64,000 nucleotides of DNA. It comes from Lama glama. Its lineage: Eukaryota. A program made the position numbers and the translations under genes. The stretch covers positions 12,650,001-12,714,000 of the forward strand of contig CM052817.1 in NCBI GenBank assembly GCA_028534125.1, written 5' to 3'. Below the pieces are notes generated by a model, which was not told where the DNA came from, ran no database searches, and saw nothing but the letters and a program-made list of their open reading frames with translations. Positions 51,238 through 64,000 of this stretch are shown piece by piece. Positions within the stretch are counted from its first letter, which is position 1; every line of letters begins with the position of its first letter.

Positions 51238-51726
51238 TGTATTACTCAGAGTTCTCCAGATAAACAGAACCAACAGCATGTATGTGTGTGGAGAGAGGGA
51301 GAGATGTATTATAAGGAATTGGCTCACACAATTATGGAGGCTGGTAAGTCCCCAGATCAGCAGTTGGCAAGCTGGACACCCAGGAGGGCCAATGTGTAGT
51401 TCCCATCAAAGTCTGAGGCCTGAGAACCAGTAGAGCTGATGGTGTAAGTTCCAGTTTGAAAGGTGGTAGGCAGGACCCAAGAAGCACCAATGTTTCATTC
51501 TGAGTCCTGAGGCCAGAAAAAGCCAATGGTCCAGCTCAGTCGAGCAGAAGGAGTTCCCTTTTACCCAGCCTTTGTGTTCTATTCAAGTCTTTAACTAATT
51601 GGATGAGATCCATGCACAGCTTACTGTACTCAGTCTACCAATTCAAATGGTAATTTCCTCCAGAAACACCTTCACATCCAGAATAAGACTTGGTCGAATG
51701 TCTAAGTATCCCATGGCCCAGTCAGG
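51238..51726 (-). mobile_element. ERVL LTR (MLT2B-like)
   Basis: tgtattactcagagttctccagataaacagaaccaa ... tataaggaattggctcacacaattatggaggctgg ... ccatggcccagtca. Confidence 0.9.
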
Positions 51727-53102
51727 TAAAGGTGGTTGGTTCCATAATGAGCCGTGATTTCGCTCATTTTCAGATGATTCTGATTTCTAGAGAAGTAAAA
51801 TGACTTGCTGTTTAGCAATTATATATAACCTATTAAATCTTCAGTTTTCTACCACCCTTCCTTCCTCTCTGACTTGAGGGACAGTCAGAAAACTATAGTC
51901 CCTTCCCTGTAGGCAAAACTGCTTTTGCTTTCATTACGGGAGATATAATGTGTTGACCATATTTATGCTTTTTCTGCATTAATCATGACCTTCTCTAGGT
52001 GATTTCCTGATAAAATGGAAAGAAATTCGTTAAAGCATATTACTAAATGGCCACAGGTAAGCCTGATATCCTGGGAGGGAGACGGAGTAGGTCAGATGCA
52101 CCATGGCACACGTCAGCTCTGTGGGGCTGCTTTCTCCTTGATAAAAACACTGAGGACTTCAGAGAGGGAAAGCAGACATGACACAGGGATACAGGAGGAA
52201 TGAACTTATTTTCCCCAAATTAACTCTCTGTCTGAGAGCGTGGAGGAATGATAAAGTGCTGTAAACCAAAGGAACTCCTGAAGTTCAGCCCATGTGTTCT
52301 AAGCACTGCTCAGAAGTCTTCCTCTCAGAAGGTTTGTGTGGGGCCAATTAATTTAATGTAAAGAACCTACCCCGGCAGCTTGCCACCACACAGCTGTTTC
52401 TGAATGCCGTGGTTCTGGTCTCTGAAGAGACTATAATCAAGGGAACATTCCTCCAAATACATAAAATCTCCTCAAATCCCAAAATGCAGGTCCCTCTTAC
52501 TTTTGGTAAGCAGCAAGATGTTTCAGCTTTCCAGATAGAATTGCCTCTTCAGGGTCGCCGGGTTATTGTGGAATTGCAGTAAAACAAAGACAGGCTTCCT
52601 GTGGAGCGTTTTCAATAAAGTCTGCTGTACACGAGGAAAATGCTTCAACATATTAGCCCTGATTGTCTTCTCTGGCTTTTTATTGAAAGAAAAGAACAAT
52701 AAAAAAAATAGAGGGGAAAAAAATAGGAAACAGATCTTAGAGCAGAAGATGGATAAAGTTGTCTTCCAGGTCTTAAGAACAATGCCAGAATATGCCTTTA
52801 AAATTTTTTTTGAATGTATCATGTCATTTGAATAAGACAGGGCCACCTGGGAAACAGAGAGCTATGAAAAATAATTGAGTGCAATGTCTGGTACATAGTA
52901 TGTGCTCAGTAAATGATGAATGAATATTGGTCACTGAAAGATGAAGCAATGTGAAATTGCATAAATCAGACTTTTCTTGGATCTCCATCTCTCCTCAGAT
53001 TCTAACTCTGCACCCACAGAGACCTTCGAAAAACTACAGACCTAAATGGCACTGACTGGAAAGGCATGATGGTTCAGGTGGAGAAAGACAAGAGGATCCA
53101 CA

Positions 53103-53265
53103 GGCGGAGTTCTTCACCTTGATGGGTTATGTCAGAATCATGTGGAGGGCTTGTTAAAACACAGGCTTCTAAACCCCACACCTAGAGATCCTAATTCATT
53201 AGGTCTCCATTGGGTACCCCAAATTTGCATTTCTAAGTGCCCAGGTGATCAGGTGATGCTGATTT
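53103..53265. mobile_element. MER5A-family hAT-Charlie MITE
   Basis: tcagaatcatgtggagggcttgttaaaacacag ... aatttgcatttctaa ... caggtgatgctgat. Confidence 0.8.
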
Positions 53266-53389
53266 CAGAAATTTCAGAACGGTGTTTTGTTGTTTTGTTT
53301 TGTTTCTTTTATACCAGGATATACTAGTTTGGCTATTCCACACCTTGAAAATTACTTAAACATAATAAACCATATAAATCTAGCACATA

Positions 53390-53720
53390 TATTTGTACAG
53401 TCTTTTACAGTGAACATTTTTCATGCATGTTATCAAATTTGATTCTCAAAATAGTTTAATGAGATAGAAAGGTTAGTAATTACTATAATGATATTTTCAA
53501 TAGATGAGAAACAATACGCTCAGATAGCATCGGCATAAACACCTTGAAAGCAGTGATTATGTCACATTTATATCAGTATCTTGAAAACTTAGTAATGTGA
53601 ACAAAGCATAAACCATGTTCAAGAAGTGCTTAATTAGTTAATTGGGTTTGCACATAACTTATAAATAACAGAAGCAGGGATAAAACTGTCATATGATTCC
53701 AAATTTTGTGTCCTTTCAAG
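53390..53720 (-). mobile_element. MIR SINE, apparently split by a short L2 tail (about 53535-53650)
   Basis: atcaaatttgattctcaaaatag ... tagatgagaaacaatacgctcaga, resuming at cacataacttataaataacagaagcaggga. Confidence 0.55.
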
Positions 53721-55148
53721 TTTTCTATAATATCGTCACATCAGTGTATCTCTTTCCCTAATTTCCCTCCTGTTTGTATGAAAAGGTGTCAATCCACAGC
53801 CATACAAAAAGCCACAGAACCATAAGAGACTTAAAAGTGGGGACGATGGCATCTTCGCCTCCTTCTGCTGAGGAGGACGTCTGACACACAGTAGGAACAC
53901 CATCCGCATCTTCGGAACTGAATCATGCATCTATCTTCCCCACCAGCTACAAAATCATGATTATGTGTATCTGCCATCCCAGAATCGCTGGAAGGTTGCA
54001 AGCCTGGGAAATAAGGTTTAGGGCAACCACAAGCCATGGAGGAGAGCCACTTGGGGTCTGGGCCACATGGCTCTGGCTTCTTCCTCGTGGGAGAGAAGCA
54101 GTCTCTTTAGACCAGAAAGCTTAGGCGGAGCGCCTGCCAATTCTGCTACCTGGCAGCTCCAGCCTGTACCCGTGATTTGTTCTGCTCTTGCTTCCAAGTC
54201 CCCAGACGTGTTCAAATCAAGGGAACTGCTGAGTTGAAGTGGATTTCCCCATCGCTGTGAGGGAACAAGGCAAGCCTTAACTTTGACTTCTGAGCAGAGC
54301 CCCAGAGGGAGTACGCCTAATTAGAGCGAGGATCAAACGCCTTCATGCCCTGCCAGAGAGGCCCACCGAGTTTCTGTGGGCTGACGGCCATGGAGTTTGT
54401 TTTCTGCTCAAAGTGGCCTGGCTTTCCAGAAGGAAATAAAATGCATGTTATCTTCTCCAAATAATTTATAGTGTTGGAAGATGTTTCCTAAATCAGCGAT
54501 GGGCTAAACTCTATATTTCTGGTACTTCTACAAAAAGAAGCGGCTCTCATAGACGTGCATTTAATCATATCTGTACATTTCACTTGGTCGTTTGAATAAC
54601 GGTGCGCTAAATAAAGAGCTGGGCCTTCATTACAAATTATGAACAACTTTAAAATAACTTCCATAAAATCCAAGTCATTTGTCTTCGTTTGCAAGATGAG
54701 CTATAATATTCGTACAAGCAACCATTGTCACATACCACAGAAAATTTGCTGAAAGCATTTTAAAACTAAGAATTAGATTACACTTCTTTAAAGAACTCAT
54801 ACCTTCAATAGACATAAAATTATTTGTACTAAAAACTAGACATAATTGTATAAATATTTTCCTCTCAGAGATCTCAGTGATAAAGCAGAGTATTTATAAA
54901 TCAAATGAACATATCTGAACACTCTATTTGTATTATTGAACATCACACAATGTTGCTGTCTGGATATCTTTATGGCCAACCAACTTAAAAAAAAAAATCC
55001 CAGTTGTTTCCAGAGAAGGGTCTAAGGGACAAGCCTCCAGGGACCAGATGTCTTGAGCCAAGAGTAGAATAAGCAAGAGTGATGATGAAAAGGAAAGGTT
55101 AGAGGCGAACTGTAAGAGGCAGGTACAGCTGATACAATGTCAAACTCT

Positions 55149-55387
55149 GAGAAAAAGAAAAAGAGAAGAAAGAAGGAAAGAAGGAAAGAAAGAAGGAGAG
55201 AAAGAAGGAGAGAAAGAAAGAGAGAAAGAGAGAAAGAAAGAGAAAGAGGGAAAGGAAGGAAGGAAGGAAGGAAGGAAGGAAGGAAGGAAGGAAGGAAGGA
55301 AGGAAGGAAGGGAGGGAGGGAGGGAGGGAAAGAAAGAAGGAAAGGAAAGAAGGAAAGAAAAGAAAGACAGAAAAGAAAGAGGGAGAG
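55149..55387 (+). repeat. Purine-rich tract containing (AAGG)15
   Basis: Nearly pure A/G, with a perfect AAGG run at 55252-55311. It explains the ORFs at 55022-55438. Confidence 0.97.
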
Positions 55388-55792
55388 GTTTACCAGGGAG
55401 CAGGGACAGAAAGAAACCAGATGAGAGAAAGTTTGCAAGTTTAGAAAAAGAATGGGACCAGTGTCAAGGTGTTCAAGCAGGATGGACTGGACACAGGGAT
55501 AAATTGTAACTTCTGGAACTTGCCTCTTTTGTGGTCTTAAGTCCTCTGATACAAAAAGACAGTAACCACAGGTTGCCGCCTGACATCGCCATACATAGCT
55601 TTTAGCAAACTGTCTTGTAAGAGGAGACCGATTAGTGTGACAAATATTTATTAAGCGTTAATATACACCAGACACTGAACTACATGCTATTTATACACTG
55701 TGTTTGCACTGCTGAAACTCACAGCCCAGTGCGGGAGACAGGCACTTAATGTTATTCAAATCCAAGTAAATGTTTTCTGAATTATTAATTGA

Positions 55793-55793
<1 letters not shown>

Positions 55794-55828
<35 letters not shown>
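55794..55828 (+). repeat. (TG)17 microsatellite
   Basis: Read directly from the sequence. Confidence 0.97.
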
Positions 55829-55830
<2 letters not shown>

Positions 55831-55964
55831 ATGTGCAATCAAAGAAACCACTAATTGGAATAATTTCAGAAAAACATCCTGAAATAATTAATACTAAAAT
55901 ATTCAGCAAAAAAAAGGTTAACCACCAAAATACCTCTAAATTGATCCAACATCACAGTCTCAGT

Positions 55965-56095
55965 CTAAGAATGACTACGGGTTTGGAGTCAGGGGATTTG
56001 TGTTTCTGTCTTGTTTACTATTCCAAGTTGAATCGCCTGAACTCCCTGGAGTCTCAGTTTTGCTCCATCTCGCTGATTTGTGAAAAATAGATTAA
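55965..56095 (+). mobile_element. MIR SINE fragment
   Basis: ggtttggagtcagggga ... aactccctggagtctcagttt. Confidence 0.6.
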
Positions 56096-56789
56096 ATGTG
56101 TGGTGCACTGAAAATGTTTATCTTATGCTCACTGTTGGTACAATAAGGTGCCGGTATCACCTGATGAGTTAACCTAACACCTTATCCGTCCTCTGAATGG
56201 CGAGAATGGAAGGATCTCATCAACTGCTTCCATGAAGTGGGTCGAGTGGTGTCCAGAGGAAGGACCATCTTATTCCTTCTCCATACTCTGTACACTCACT
56301 TACCACACTCCTCTCCTGTGTGACTTCTTTGGTAAGAGTGAAACATCACTAATCTGATACACGCACATACAATCCTGTGGGAATTTTTTTTTTTTAAGTT
56401 TATAGCCATCACCGTTCCAACATCACTTCTGCAATATCATTGTTGCCTACAAAACTGTGACTTTCTGCTTATTTTCAGCCCCTCAATATCCGTGGAACAG
56501 AGTGTCTCATTCACAGTTACTCCTAGAGCTGGCATATCCAGCTCAAGGGGAGGCCTAGTATCTCCTTGGTGTGTTGGGATGTGAGGGTGGAGGGCACTTT
56601 TACAGGTGTTTAAAAAAGCACTCTAGCAAGACCTCCTTTGTTGGGGTGAGCACAAGTGTTCCCTTCGTCAGCCTCCATGGAGGCTCACGGACCTCCTCAG
56701 CAAGACCTTCCAGCCTTGGGACTCAGGCCAGTTAGTGTATTTCCCTGAGCACAGTGTCGTCTTTGGTAGTGAAATCCTCTGACTTCATT

Positions 56790-56912
56790 CTCCCCTTTCA
56801 ATATTCTGTTGCCAGTTCGGGTTTTTTGCCTTTCCATATGAACTTCAGAATCAATTTGTCAATGTCTACAAAATAACTTGCTGGGATTATGACTGGGATT
56901 GCATTGAATCTA
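56790..56912 (-). mobile_element. L1 ORF2 fragment
   Basis: ttccatatgaacttcagaatcaatttgtcaatgtctacaaaa ... gggattgcattgaatctat (reverse of the IYRFNAIP region). Confidence 0.85.
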
Positions 56913-57329
56913 TGGTCTATCACCCGTAATCAAGTTTATCTTTTCACTGCTTGGACCCAACACAGTACTTGGCACACTGTAGGGGCCTCATTAATTTTTA
57001 TTGATGCCAAACATCCAGTGAGACAAATTGAAGGTGGATGATTCTCCACCACTCCATAACCTTAAGACGATGGGCTTGTAGTGGTTTCACGTCACAGCAC
57101 ACTCACCCCCTCTTCCCTGTATGGTGAGAATATGGGAGGAGGGGAGAAGCGACCACGACTATGAACTGTGTGATATACTCCACGAGGACAGGAAATTCTC
57201 TCTCTCTGCTCTGCGGATGGTCATACCCAAACACCTGGAGCACTTCCTGCTGTATCATAGGAACAAAAATAGATAGTTTTTGAGTGTTGAATGAATATGT
57301 TTTCTGGCCAGAGATCAACATGCTGAAAT

Positions 57330-57575
57330 AATTTCAGTTCCCAAATACACCGTGATTCCTCTGCATCTAAGTCCCTGCCTGAGCTGCTCCCTCTGCCTGG
57401 GACTCTCTCCTTACACTCCCCACTTTCCACCTAACTAACTCTAGTTAACCTCCAGGTACCTGCTTACACATTAGTTCTCTCTTACCTGTATCTCCTATGT
57501 GCTTTGTTCCCTATTTTTCTTCCTAGGATCAGAACACTTGGTCATACATTAGGTGCTCAACACATAATTCATGTT
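57330..57575 (+). mobile_element. L2 3' region
   Basis: gttcccaaatacacc ... gctccctctgcctggga ... catacattaggtgctcaa. Confidence 0.75.
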
Positions 57576-59289
57576 TAAAATAATATATTTCATCCTGTTC
57601 AAAAACCTGCTCAATGTCATAAAAACACACATTTGTTAATAATTCCTGAGTAAGTTATTAACTCATAGAGGTCAAATCTACACCTTAGATTAGAGTCTCT
57701 AATGCATCTTTGGATGTAGCATTGTACTCACAAAAGCCTTTGCATTTTCACCTCCTGGATCTATAATGTAAACAAAACGAACACTCCAGATTCAAGCTCT
57801 CTCTCTTATTCGAAAAACTGCCTCCAATATAGGAAGGCATCTGGCATCTCATCACCTTTAAGGCAGCTGTTATCCATTTCCTGAGTATTCCAGTTGCAGC
57901 TTCTGGTCTTCTGCTGAAAGATTTCATTCCATTATTTATGACTCGACCTATCAAATGTCAATGGGAAGATTCCCTGGAAAGGTGTGTGTTGCTGTGGTTA
58001 CCAAGAGCTTCTCTCATCCCAGGAAGAGTCTGCTTTCTGGGGTGCAGAACAGGCTTTAAAATCAGCAGGAACCACACGTGTTGAAGCAGAGATGTGTGAA
58101 GGGCACAAAGAACTTGCTATTATTTTCAAAGCATCCTGGGAAATGCCAGGAAGAATTCTGGGGTTTTCTTTCAAAATGATAACTTATGGACAGTTTGGGG
58201 CAAAGCCATGGATATTAAAAGACTTGATTCTCCTGCCTTCGATAGAACAGTGACTTTTTATTCTACTGCTATCTTCCCCCACCTCAAAAACATGCATTTT
58301 TTATGAGAAAGTCAAATTGGCCTTGTCTTGCAGGCAAACACTTCTTGCAGAACAAATGAGCCCTTTTTTTTTGGTTAAATTACAGAACCAGTGAAAGATT
58401 TATGATTCTGCTGGACAAAATCCTTTTGTTTTAAATAGTTGCCATTTTTCCATGAAGAAATCAGACACCTTGTTGGTGTTTTCTTATAGTAAACATAAGG
58501 TCACTGAAAGGAAACAGGCTAGATGAAAGATCACCACAGTATTAAATTACTTCCATCTGCAAACACTGTAAATCCCGCAGACATAAAAAGAGAAGTTATG
58601 GTTAGAGCTCTGAAGTGTCATGTTTTGGACTCGAAAAAAGTCCTTCTGCTGAGGACTTTATTCTATTGCCAAGATTAAGAAACATGAAGTCGTGACGCGG
58701 TAACTGGACCATGTCAAAAGCATTCTACAGCAGAAATCTCGTTCACTCGCTGTTTCTCTCTGTCCTTTTCCACCATTCACTTCTTGCTTTATCTAACTTT
58801 CAAGTCTATATTGGAAGAAATTGCTATGGATTAGAGTCAATGTCCCATAGTATTAGTTCTCTGCAGATTTTAAGGAACTTATTCAAAGCATACTCTTTAG
58901 TTTTTCATTTCCCTGATTATAAATTGTTTATGTTTGGGATGGAATTCCAAATGGTAACTTTGAGAAACAAGGTCATTTACATTTGTAATCAATTAACATT
59001 ATCCACAGTTGCAATTTTACTAAATTGCATGGTAGTCTTTGGGCAGGATTTAAATTTTTCATCCAAGGTTATTAGTAGTTACTATCAGAGTGAGCAGTGA
59101 TTGTTGTGTTCTTTTGACTGCTAAGCATGTGAACTTGATTTCTAGTTTTGAGAAATCTATTACTGAATAAGTCCAAACATTAAAAGTGGAATCCTTGCTT
59201 CTTAGTCTCCTGGAAGACAAGACATGGACGCGAGATATCCACACCCAAGTTCTGAATCTGGAACAAGTGCTGCAAAGCACTACCAGCGC

Positions 59290-59550
59290 CCGGTGGCAGT
59301 GAAGACGGTGGTGAGAGAAGCACTGCACGGTGAGCAGTGAAGGGACTGGCGTCCTGAGGAGGATATTCCTACAGCACGGCCTTGACTCCTGGTCCAGTTC
59401 GACCATTTAATGATTCAATGTTCTTGGACCAAAGCTTTAATGACTACATCAATTTCTTCATCTATAGAATAGGGTGATGATAATCATGATCCCATAATAT
59501 TGCTTCCAAGTTGGAAAGAGTTAATTCTCAGAAGAGTATCTGGTGCACAG
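59290..59550 (+). mobile_element. MIR SINE
   Basis: ggcagtgaagacggtggtgagagaagcac ... caatttcttcatctatagaatagggtgatgataat. Confidence 0.65.
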
Positions 59551-61299
59551 GAAGGTCTTCACTGGCATTACCTTCTGAAGCCACCATTACCTTCCTGCGG
59601 GTGTGCACGTAGACTGAACCACATTCCTTAGTTTGTTTGTTTGTTTCTTTGTTTTATTATTTCCAGTATCTTTTGTTTATGATTTCCAACCTTTTTCTCT
59701 TAAATTAACCAGAATGGTTTTCCGTTGAATACAACCAAGCGTCCTGACTGTAGTCCATCTATAAGCTGATTTGCATTTTCAGCAACAAAACACCCTCATG
59801 CTAGAGACTCATTTTAAGTTCAGAAGTGGGATATTTGGGAGAAAACTATTTTTCTTGATAGGACTCTCTTCATATAATGCTGTCACATAAAAATTCATTA
59901 TTTAGCTTTGACAATAACCATTTCTGTAATCGTGCCTTGTTTATTTCTTCATATGCTATAACTAAGGGGTGATCCAGGCTCTTGAAGTAACGTCAAGAAC
60001 TTCTGAAGTTATGATGTTAAAAGAGGATGACTTTTAGAGCTCTGCTGAAGAGAGAGAGAGGTAGTTTGTCTACGTGTGTTTGCCTAGGAGTCCTTATATA
60101 GGCAAGAACAAGCAATATTTATACGTTGGTAAGCATGACATGGATCTCCAACTCCTGAAAACATGGGGCAAAATGTGAAAGCACTGGCTGGCTTGTGTCC
60201 ACACAGCCTGAAGCTGTTATGCAGCGAGGGCTGGGGAGAACACTTCCAGAAACCACATCACGACCGTCAGGAATCTGGCTCCATGTTTAAGAATTCCAGA
60301 AAGTTGTCTGGGAAATAGTAACACCAGAAGCTTCCTTTGATTCTCTCTTTGATAAGATCTCTTCTCAGAGGGTCTGAAGGGGAAGAGAGAGATAAAAGAT
60401 GATATTGACAAAAGTTCTAGCTGCTTCAAAGGAAATCCATGTGGTTTGCATGCCTTACATAGTGCTTCCTAAAAAAGGAAGACAGCTGTTTGCTGTAGGA
60501 AGGCCCAGACTGCTGTGGCCAGTAGCTTCAAGCCACTAATTACAGTTCTGTAGGCATCAGAGAAGGCACACTCTTTAAAACCTATCTCATATCCTTATTT
60601 TTTTCCAAGTATGGCCTGCTTCTCATGACCTGAGAATAACCTAGAAGAATCAGGTATTTCTCTACCTTGCTAGGAAATCATTATTGTCATTTTTACTGAT
60701 GGAGAATAGAATGTAGGGCCCTTGATGAGCACTTGCTGAGTTCCCACCCCACAGAGAGTGCTAAGCAGATGTTGTGTACATTCCCAGAACTCATGAACTG
60801 AAAAAACATTTCTCCACCAACAATGGCATGTTGGCACTGCTGTGGCAGGGTGAGGCTGGAAAGCTCTAGAACAGCACACAGGCCACCTTGGCCCCTATGC
60901 TGGCTCAGGTATTAATTGCCTGGGTGACTTTAAGTGGGACCTCACACCTTTGCTGTTGTCAGTGTCCTTACTTAAAAAATGAGACAGTCACCTGAGATCA
61001 TCTCCCAGGTGGTCTCCAGATCTAAATTATATGGCTTTTAATTTCAGAGAAAACTTTTTCTTCATTAAAAGCCACCATAACAACAAACATTCGCAGCACT
61101 CACTTAGACCACATCTTTCAGAAAATAGAATTCTTCCACTCATATTTACAATTATTTGCTTTATAACATGGATACCTGTTGACCTATATTATGAAAAATA
61201 TTTTACATATCAAACGTTGGCAAATAGTTTATTAATCATATCTGGTTATTAGAGAGATACTGAAACTTCTATAAATATCATACAATATATTGATAACAA

Positions 61300-61540
61300 T
61301 AATGAAGGTAATAATCAATAGATAGTATTCACAGATCACCTTTCACGTGTCAAGCCCTGGTATAAATGCTTTAGATATAGTCACTTAATCAATCTTCCAA
61401 ACTCCCTAGGTATTAGCATTATAATTCTTACTTTAGGAATTAAGAAAATTGAGGCAGTGTTGCACAATTAAAATGTAGAGGAGCATGGATACGAACCAAG
61501 GCAGTCTAGCTCCAAATTCTGTGCTCTTAAGCACTTTCCA
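61300..61540 (-). mobile_element. MIR SINE
   Basis: tcacttaatc ... taagaaaattgaggca ... gaaccaaggcagtctagctccaaattctgtgctcttaa. Confidence 0.8.
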
Positions 61541-61609
61541 ATAACCTTTTAAAGTTGAAGGTATACTTGGAGAGCAAGTTAACCCAAGAATTTATTTTGT
61601 AAGACTATG

Positions 61610-61790
61610 ATGAAAAAGTTCAAACTACAATTAGTTCCCATTATAACTGTGTGATTTATTACCTCTGCAACCTGGGAAATCTATTCAGTCCTTCTAATAT
61701 TCAGATCCTTCATCTGTAAAATTGGGACACTGCTGTACAGAATCATCAAGTGGATTTGATGAGATTAAAAATGTAAAATTCTCTACCTTA
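61610..61790 (+). mobile_element. MIR SINE fragment
   Basis: cagatccttcatctgtaaaattggga. Confidence 0.65.
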
Positions 61791-61799
61791 GTTAAAAAA

Positions 61800-62570
61800 G
61801 TAGTTAATTTGTTTATTTAGCAAATGCTGTGGGACACCTACTATGTGCCACCCAGTGGTGTGGAGGACCCAGCATTAAGCAAAACAATGTTCACACATCA
61901 TGGAACTGATATCTTTGAAGGAGGATAAAGATTTTTAAAAGCATACCAATGACAAGGTAATTGCAGATTGTGATCAGTGAGTAAGTGTTTTCTCCATCTA
62001 TTGCTCTGTGTAACGAGTACAGGGATCCTATAAGATGAGAATTCTAAAAAGGCATAGTGGAGATGGCTGTTTGCTCCATGGGATGACGTGAATGCCTGAG
62101 AGATAGAACCACTGAGGCTGGAGGATACACGTCCAAAATAGCTTCCTTACTTATTGCCTCCTGTCAGGACTGAGATGGCTAAAACTCAAGTAGGCTCAGC
62201 TGGGACATGAACATGTGGCATTTCCAACATACAAGCAGAGAATTAAGATGTTATGATACTGAGTGACTGGGGGATTCGTCTGGGAAGTGTTCAGGGAAAG
62301 TCTCTCAGAGAAATCAACGAAATTGAGAAACTAAAGATGGATAAGGATCCAGCCAAGTGAAGATGAAGGGGTAGAATTCCAGTCAGAGCTAGTGTAAAGG
62401 CCCTGAGGAGAGACGAGAAAGCACAGTCGGATATAGAATAAGATACGGCCATTGATGTGGACAGGGATGGGGTTAAGTGTGGCTTTCTAAGCCAGGTTAA
62501 AGAGTTGGGATATTATTATAGATCCATGGGAAGCCATTGGGAAGTTTTGAGTTGGAAAGTGATGGAGTAT
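61800..62570 (-). mobile_element. L2 fragment with an old MaLR-like LTR piece inserted (about 61985-62230)
   Basis: tttatttagcaaatg ... cacctactatgtgcca; tctattgctctgtgtaac ... ctgaggctggaggatac; ccaggttaaagagttgg ... gggaagccattgg. Confidence 0.65.
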
Positions 62571-63433
62571 TAAAATAAAAGAAACAAAATAGAAGGGAAA
62601 AAAAAGAAGCACGATAAAAGAAACAACAGCCAAATAGAATCCTACTTCAGTTTCCTCTGACTACATCCATGACGTCTACCTCTAGTATCTTCACAGTGGC
62701 TCCAAATTACTGACTTTTTGTCACCTATTTTGATCATTTTTGAAATAGGACATTTAAATGTATGTTCTTCTCTAACAATACATATAAACTATGTTTATAA
62801 AATTAATATTCATCTACATTGGGGACAAAAAATTGGGAGGGGGTCTGCTGAATCTCCTAAAAAGATACTGACTTAACTCTAAATCTTGACAAAAGCATTT
62901 TATTCATGTATCATTCATTCGGGCATCTATTTTCTCAACCACCTTTCCATTGATGACCAGGTATCAATATCTGCCAATAAGAAAAATAACTGTAACACAG
63001 TTTCTGTTTTCATGGTATCCTTATGATACACAGTAATTTTTTTTTCTCCTTAAAAGTGCTGTTGGAGCACAGAGGAAGGAAAACAGTACCCAACATCCCC
63101 AAGGCAGAAAACACTGAAGACAGTGTGCCCTGGGAAAAGGCACTTAAACTAATTAAAGTGGAATTTATGTCAATTATTTATGTCTTGACCTAAGAAGCTC
63201 TTGTCATACTCATAGAAAACATTGCATCTGGGTGCTTCTAACCAGAGTTACTTAAACAAACTGGAAATGGAAGTCCTCCTTCTGTTCTTTCTGCGCAGAA
63301 TGTTTGTCCATCGTCAACAGTCCTCAGGAGCTGGATTCCTTCCACATGAAAGGAATTCCAAAACTCAACACATTCCTTAGCTTCCAAAGTGGAACCACAA
63401 CTTAGACAATTGTTCCAAATGAATGGAGCATAG

Positions 63434-63454
63434 ACACACACACACACACACACA
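63434..63454 (+). repeat. (CA)10 microsatellite
   Basis: Read directly from the sequence. Confidence 0.95.
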
Positions 63455-64000
63455 ATTTGCCGAGAGAACGAGTGAGAAATGCCTTAGTAATTATTTCTTT
63501 CAGTTGGTTGTTATCTCGTCTTGCATCTCACTTGAAAACATCTACAATTTTTTCTAGGTAAATATATTTGTTCAGACTTAACAGACAATTTTAAAGCTGG
63601 CATTGAACAAAACAAATATTTCAAACTTGAAATTCTAAGTGAGGAATCAGTTCTCATAATCCAATGCCAGCTTCTCAAATGGGATGGATCATTTCATTAT
63701 CACATCCACCCCCAAATCAGGCATGATGTCAGAGTTTCAAAATCAAGATCACTGGAAGTCAGTCATTCATTTTGGATTTTCTGGATTAGATATTTAAATA
63801 TTTGGAATTCACTTTTTTTTATACTAACTTTATCAGAAACATAGCAGCAGAACTTATGCTAGTACCCCTTCCTCTATAACTTACCTTCATAACCCATAAC
63901 CCACACAGACACCCTTTCTAATGTTAAATGTTTCTATGAACAGTTACAATAGTCTTAATAATATGTTATCCCACTTTCTCTCTCAATGGCCATATTACCC

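Noticed and set aside
1..64000. CRISPR array, operon or prokaryotic defence system
   Set aside because: The sequence is mammalian and repeat-rich, with no regularly spaced repeats and no long ORFs.

Overview
This is AT-rich mammalian nuclear DNA, almost certainly from a camelid (camel, llama or alpaca). The evidence is three copies of the tRNA-Ala-derived Vic-1-type SINE and three short cetartiodactyl-type L1 3' ends. I recognise no protein-coding gene, RNA gene, CpG island or prokaryotic-type system. The supplied ORFs are best explained as chance frames, low-complexity translations or repeat remnants. The window looks intergenic or deep-intronic and is dominated by fossil transposable elements: MIR, L2, L3/CR1, old L1M, MaLR/ERVL LTRs (MLT1, MLT2, MER21), an ERV1-type solo LTR, and hAT elements (MER20, MER53, MER5A, MER113-like, Tip100-like). 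It also has microsatellites, two long purine tracts and a 500-N scaffold gap at 6931-7430. Points worth a second look are: a twin-primed (5'-inverted) L1 with a perfect 15-bp TSD; a 2.8-kb L1 with ORF1 but no ORF2; a hAT transposase C-terminal remnant; a 4x18-bp telomere-variant repeat; a nested TE stack; repeat-free homeodomain-motif blocks that may be enhancers; and splice-site-bounded segments that could be exons of an unannotated, probably non-coding, transcript. I found no convincing previously undescribed biological system. Repeat family names come from recalled consensus sequences and should be confirmed with RepeatMasker/Dfam.
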